A stretch of 34,628 nt of DNA from a virus (taxonomy: Duplodnaviria > Caudoviricetes), in IMG/VR virus record IMGVR_UViG_3300042898_001426, positions 1 to 34,628 of that record; one strand, given 5' to 3'. The number at the start of each line of letters is the position of its first letter. Position 1 is the first letter of the stretch. The position numbers and the translations under genes were made by a program. Of the stretch, positions 33,887-34,628 are shown one piece after another. A model generated the notes under the pieces. The model ran no database searches. It was not told the DNA's origin and saw nothing but the letters and a program-made list of their open reading frames with translations.

Positions 33887-34628
33887 ATGTTTCTTTCAGA
33901 ATCTCTACAAAAGAAGTGGGAGCCTGTCCTAAACCATGAAGGCATGGGACAAATTAAGGATTCCTACAAGCGTGCAGTTACTGCTGTCGTTCTCGAAAAC
34001 CAACAAAAGGCTCTTCAAGAAGAAAAGACTGCGTTGTTCGAAACTCCTGCAAACGCAACTGGTGCCTCGATCGATAACTACGATCCTATCCTCATCTCGC
34101 TCGTTCGTCGTGCGCTGCCAAACTTGATGGCATATGACGTTGCTGGCGTTCAACCAATGACTGGACCAGTTGGTCTTATCTTCGCAATGAAGTCGGCATA
34201 CACTACCCAGTCGGGTACGGAAGCACTCTTCAACGAAGCAGACACAGACTTCTCGGGTACAGGAACTCATGCTGGTTCAAACCCAGTTGATGGTTCTTAC
34301 ACCACAGGTACTGGCATTGCTACTGCTGATGCTGAAGCACTTGGCGAATCAGGTGGAACTGACTTCAACGAAATGGCATTCTCAATCGAGAAGACAACCG
34401 TTACTGCTAAGACTCGTGCACTGAAGGCAGAATATACTGTTGAATTGGCGCAGGATCTCAAGGCAATTCACGGTCTTGACGCTGAGTCAGAACTTTCGAA
34501 TATCCTTTCACAAGAAATTCTTGCTGAAATCAACCGCGAAGTTATCCGTACGATCTATAAGGTTGCTAAGCCAGGTGCTGCTTCGACAGCAACTGCTGGT
34601 ACTTTCGATCTTGACGTTGACTCAAACG
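33887..34628 (+). CDS. gp23: Major capsid protein gp23, 3'-truncated (absent from the ORF track)
   Basis: Manual translation: MFLSESLQKKWEPVL...VLENQ...DPILISLVRRALPNLMAYDVAGVQPMTGPVGLIFAMK...MAFSIEKTTVTAKTRALKAEYTVELAQDLKAIHGLDAE; AAGGAG RBS. Confidence 0.96.
   Translation, partial: MFLSESLQKKWEPVLNHEGMGQIKDSYKRAVTAVVLENQQKALQEEKTALFETPANATGASIDNYDPILISLVRRALPNLMAYDVAGVQPMTGPVGLIFAMKSAYTTQSGTEALFNEADTDFSGTGTHAGSNPVDGSYTTGTGIATADAEALGESGGTDFNEMAFSIEKTTVTAKTRALKAEYTVELAQDLKAIHGLDAESELSNILSQEILAEINREVIRTIYKVAKPGAASTATAGTFDLDVDSN

Noticed and set aside
24346-34628. Introns, inteins or homing endonucleases in gp17, gp18, gp20 or gp23
   Set aside because: The ORFs are continuous and of ordinary length, with no intein, HNH, GIY-YIG or LAGLIDADG motifs seen.

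Overview
This window is the virion morphogenesis region of a T4-like myophage. The right half is the canonical T4 core in T4 order: gp13-14-15-16-17-18-19-20-(67/68-like)-21-22-23, with gp23 cut by the window end. It is punctuated by T4 late promoters (TATAAATA). The left half is accessory. It starts with a 5'-truncated giant virion/baseplate protein, then a small fibre adaptor and two paralogous proteins carrying long Gly/Tyr/Phe/Ser/Thr/Pro/Asn repeat loops. Next come two convergent operons encoding five GT-A (DxD) glycosyltransferases, a 2OG-Fe(II)-oxygenase-like protein, one intact and one degenerate SAM methyltransferase, and two unknown proteins. A cluster of modular fibre genes then leads into gp13. 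The best candidate for an undescribed system is a phage-encoded virion-surface glycosylation system: repeat-loop substrates packed with hydroxyl residues and N-x-S/T sequons, encoded next to a hydroxylase/glycosyltransferase/methyltransferase set. A second candidate is a 505-aa capsid-targeted, protease-cleavable internal polyprotein at the gp68 position. All family assignments come from motif recognition by eye; no database searches were run, and counts are by hand.
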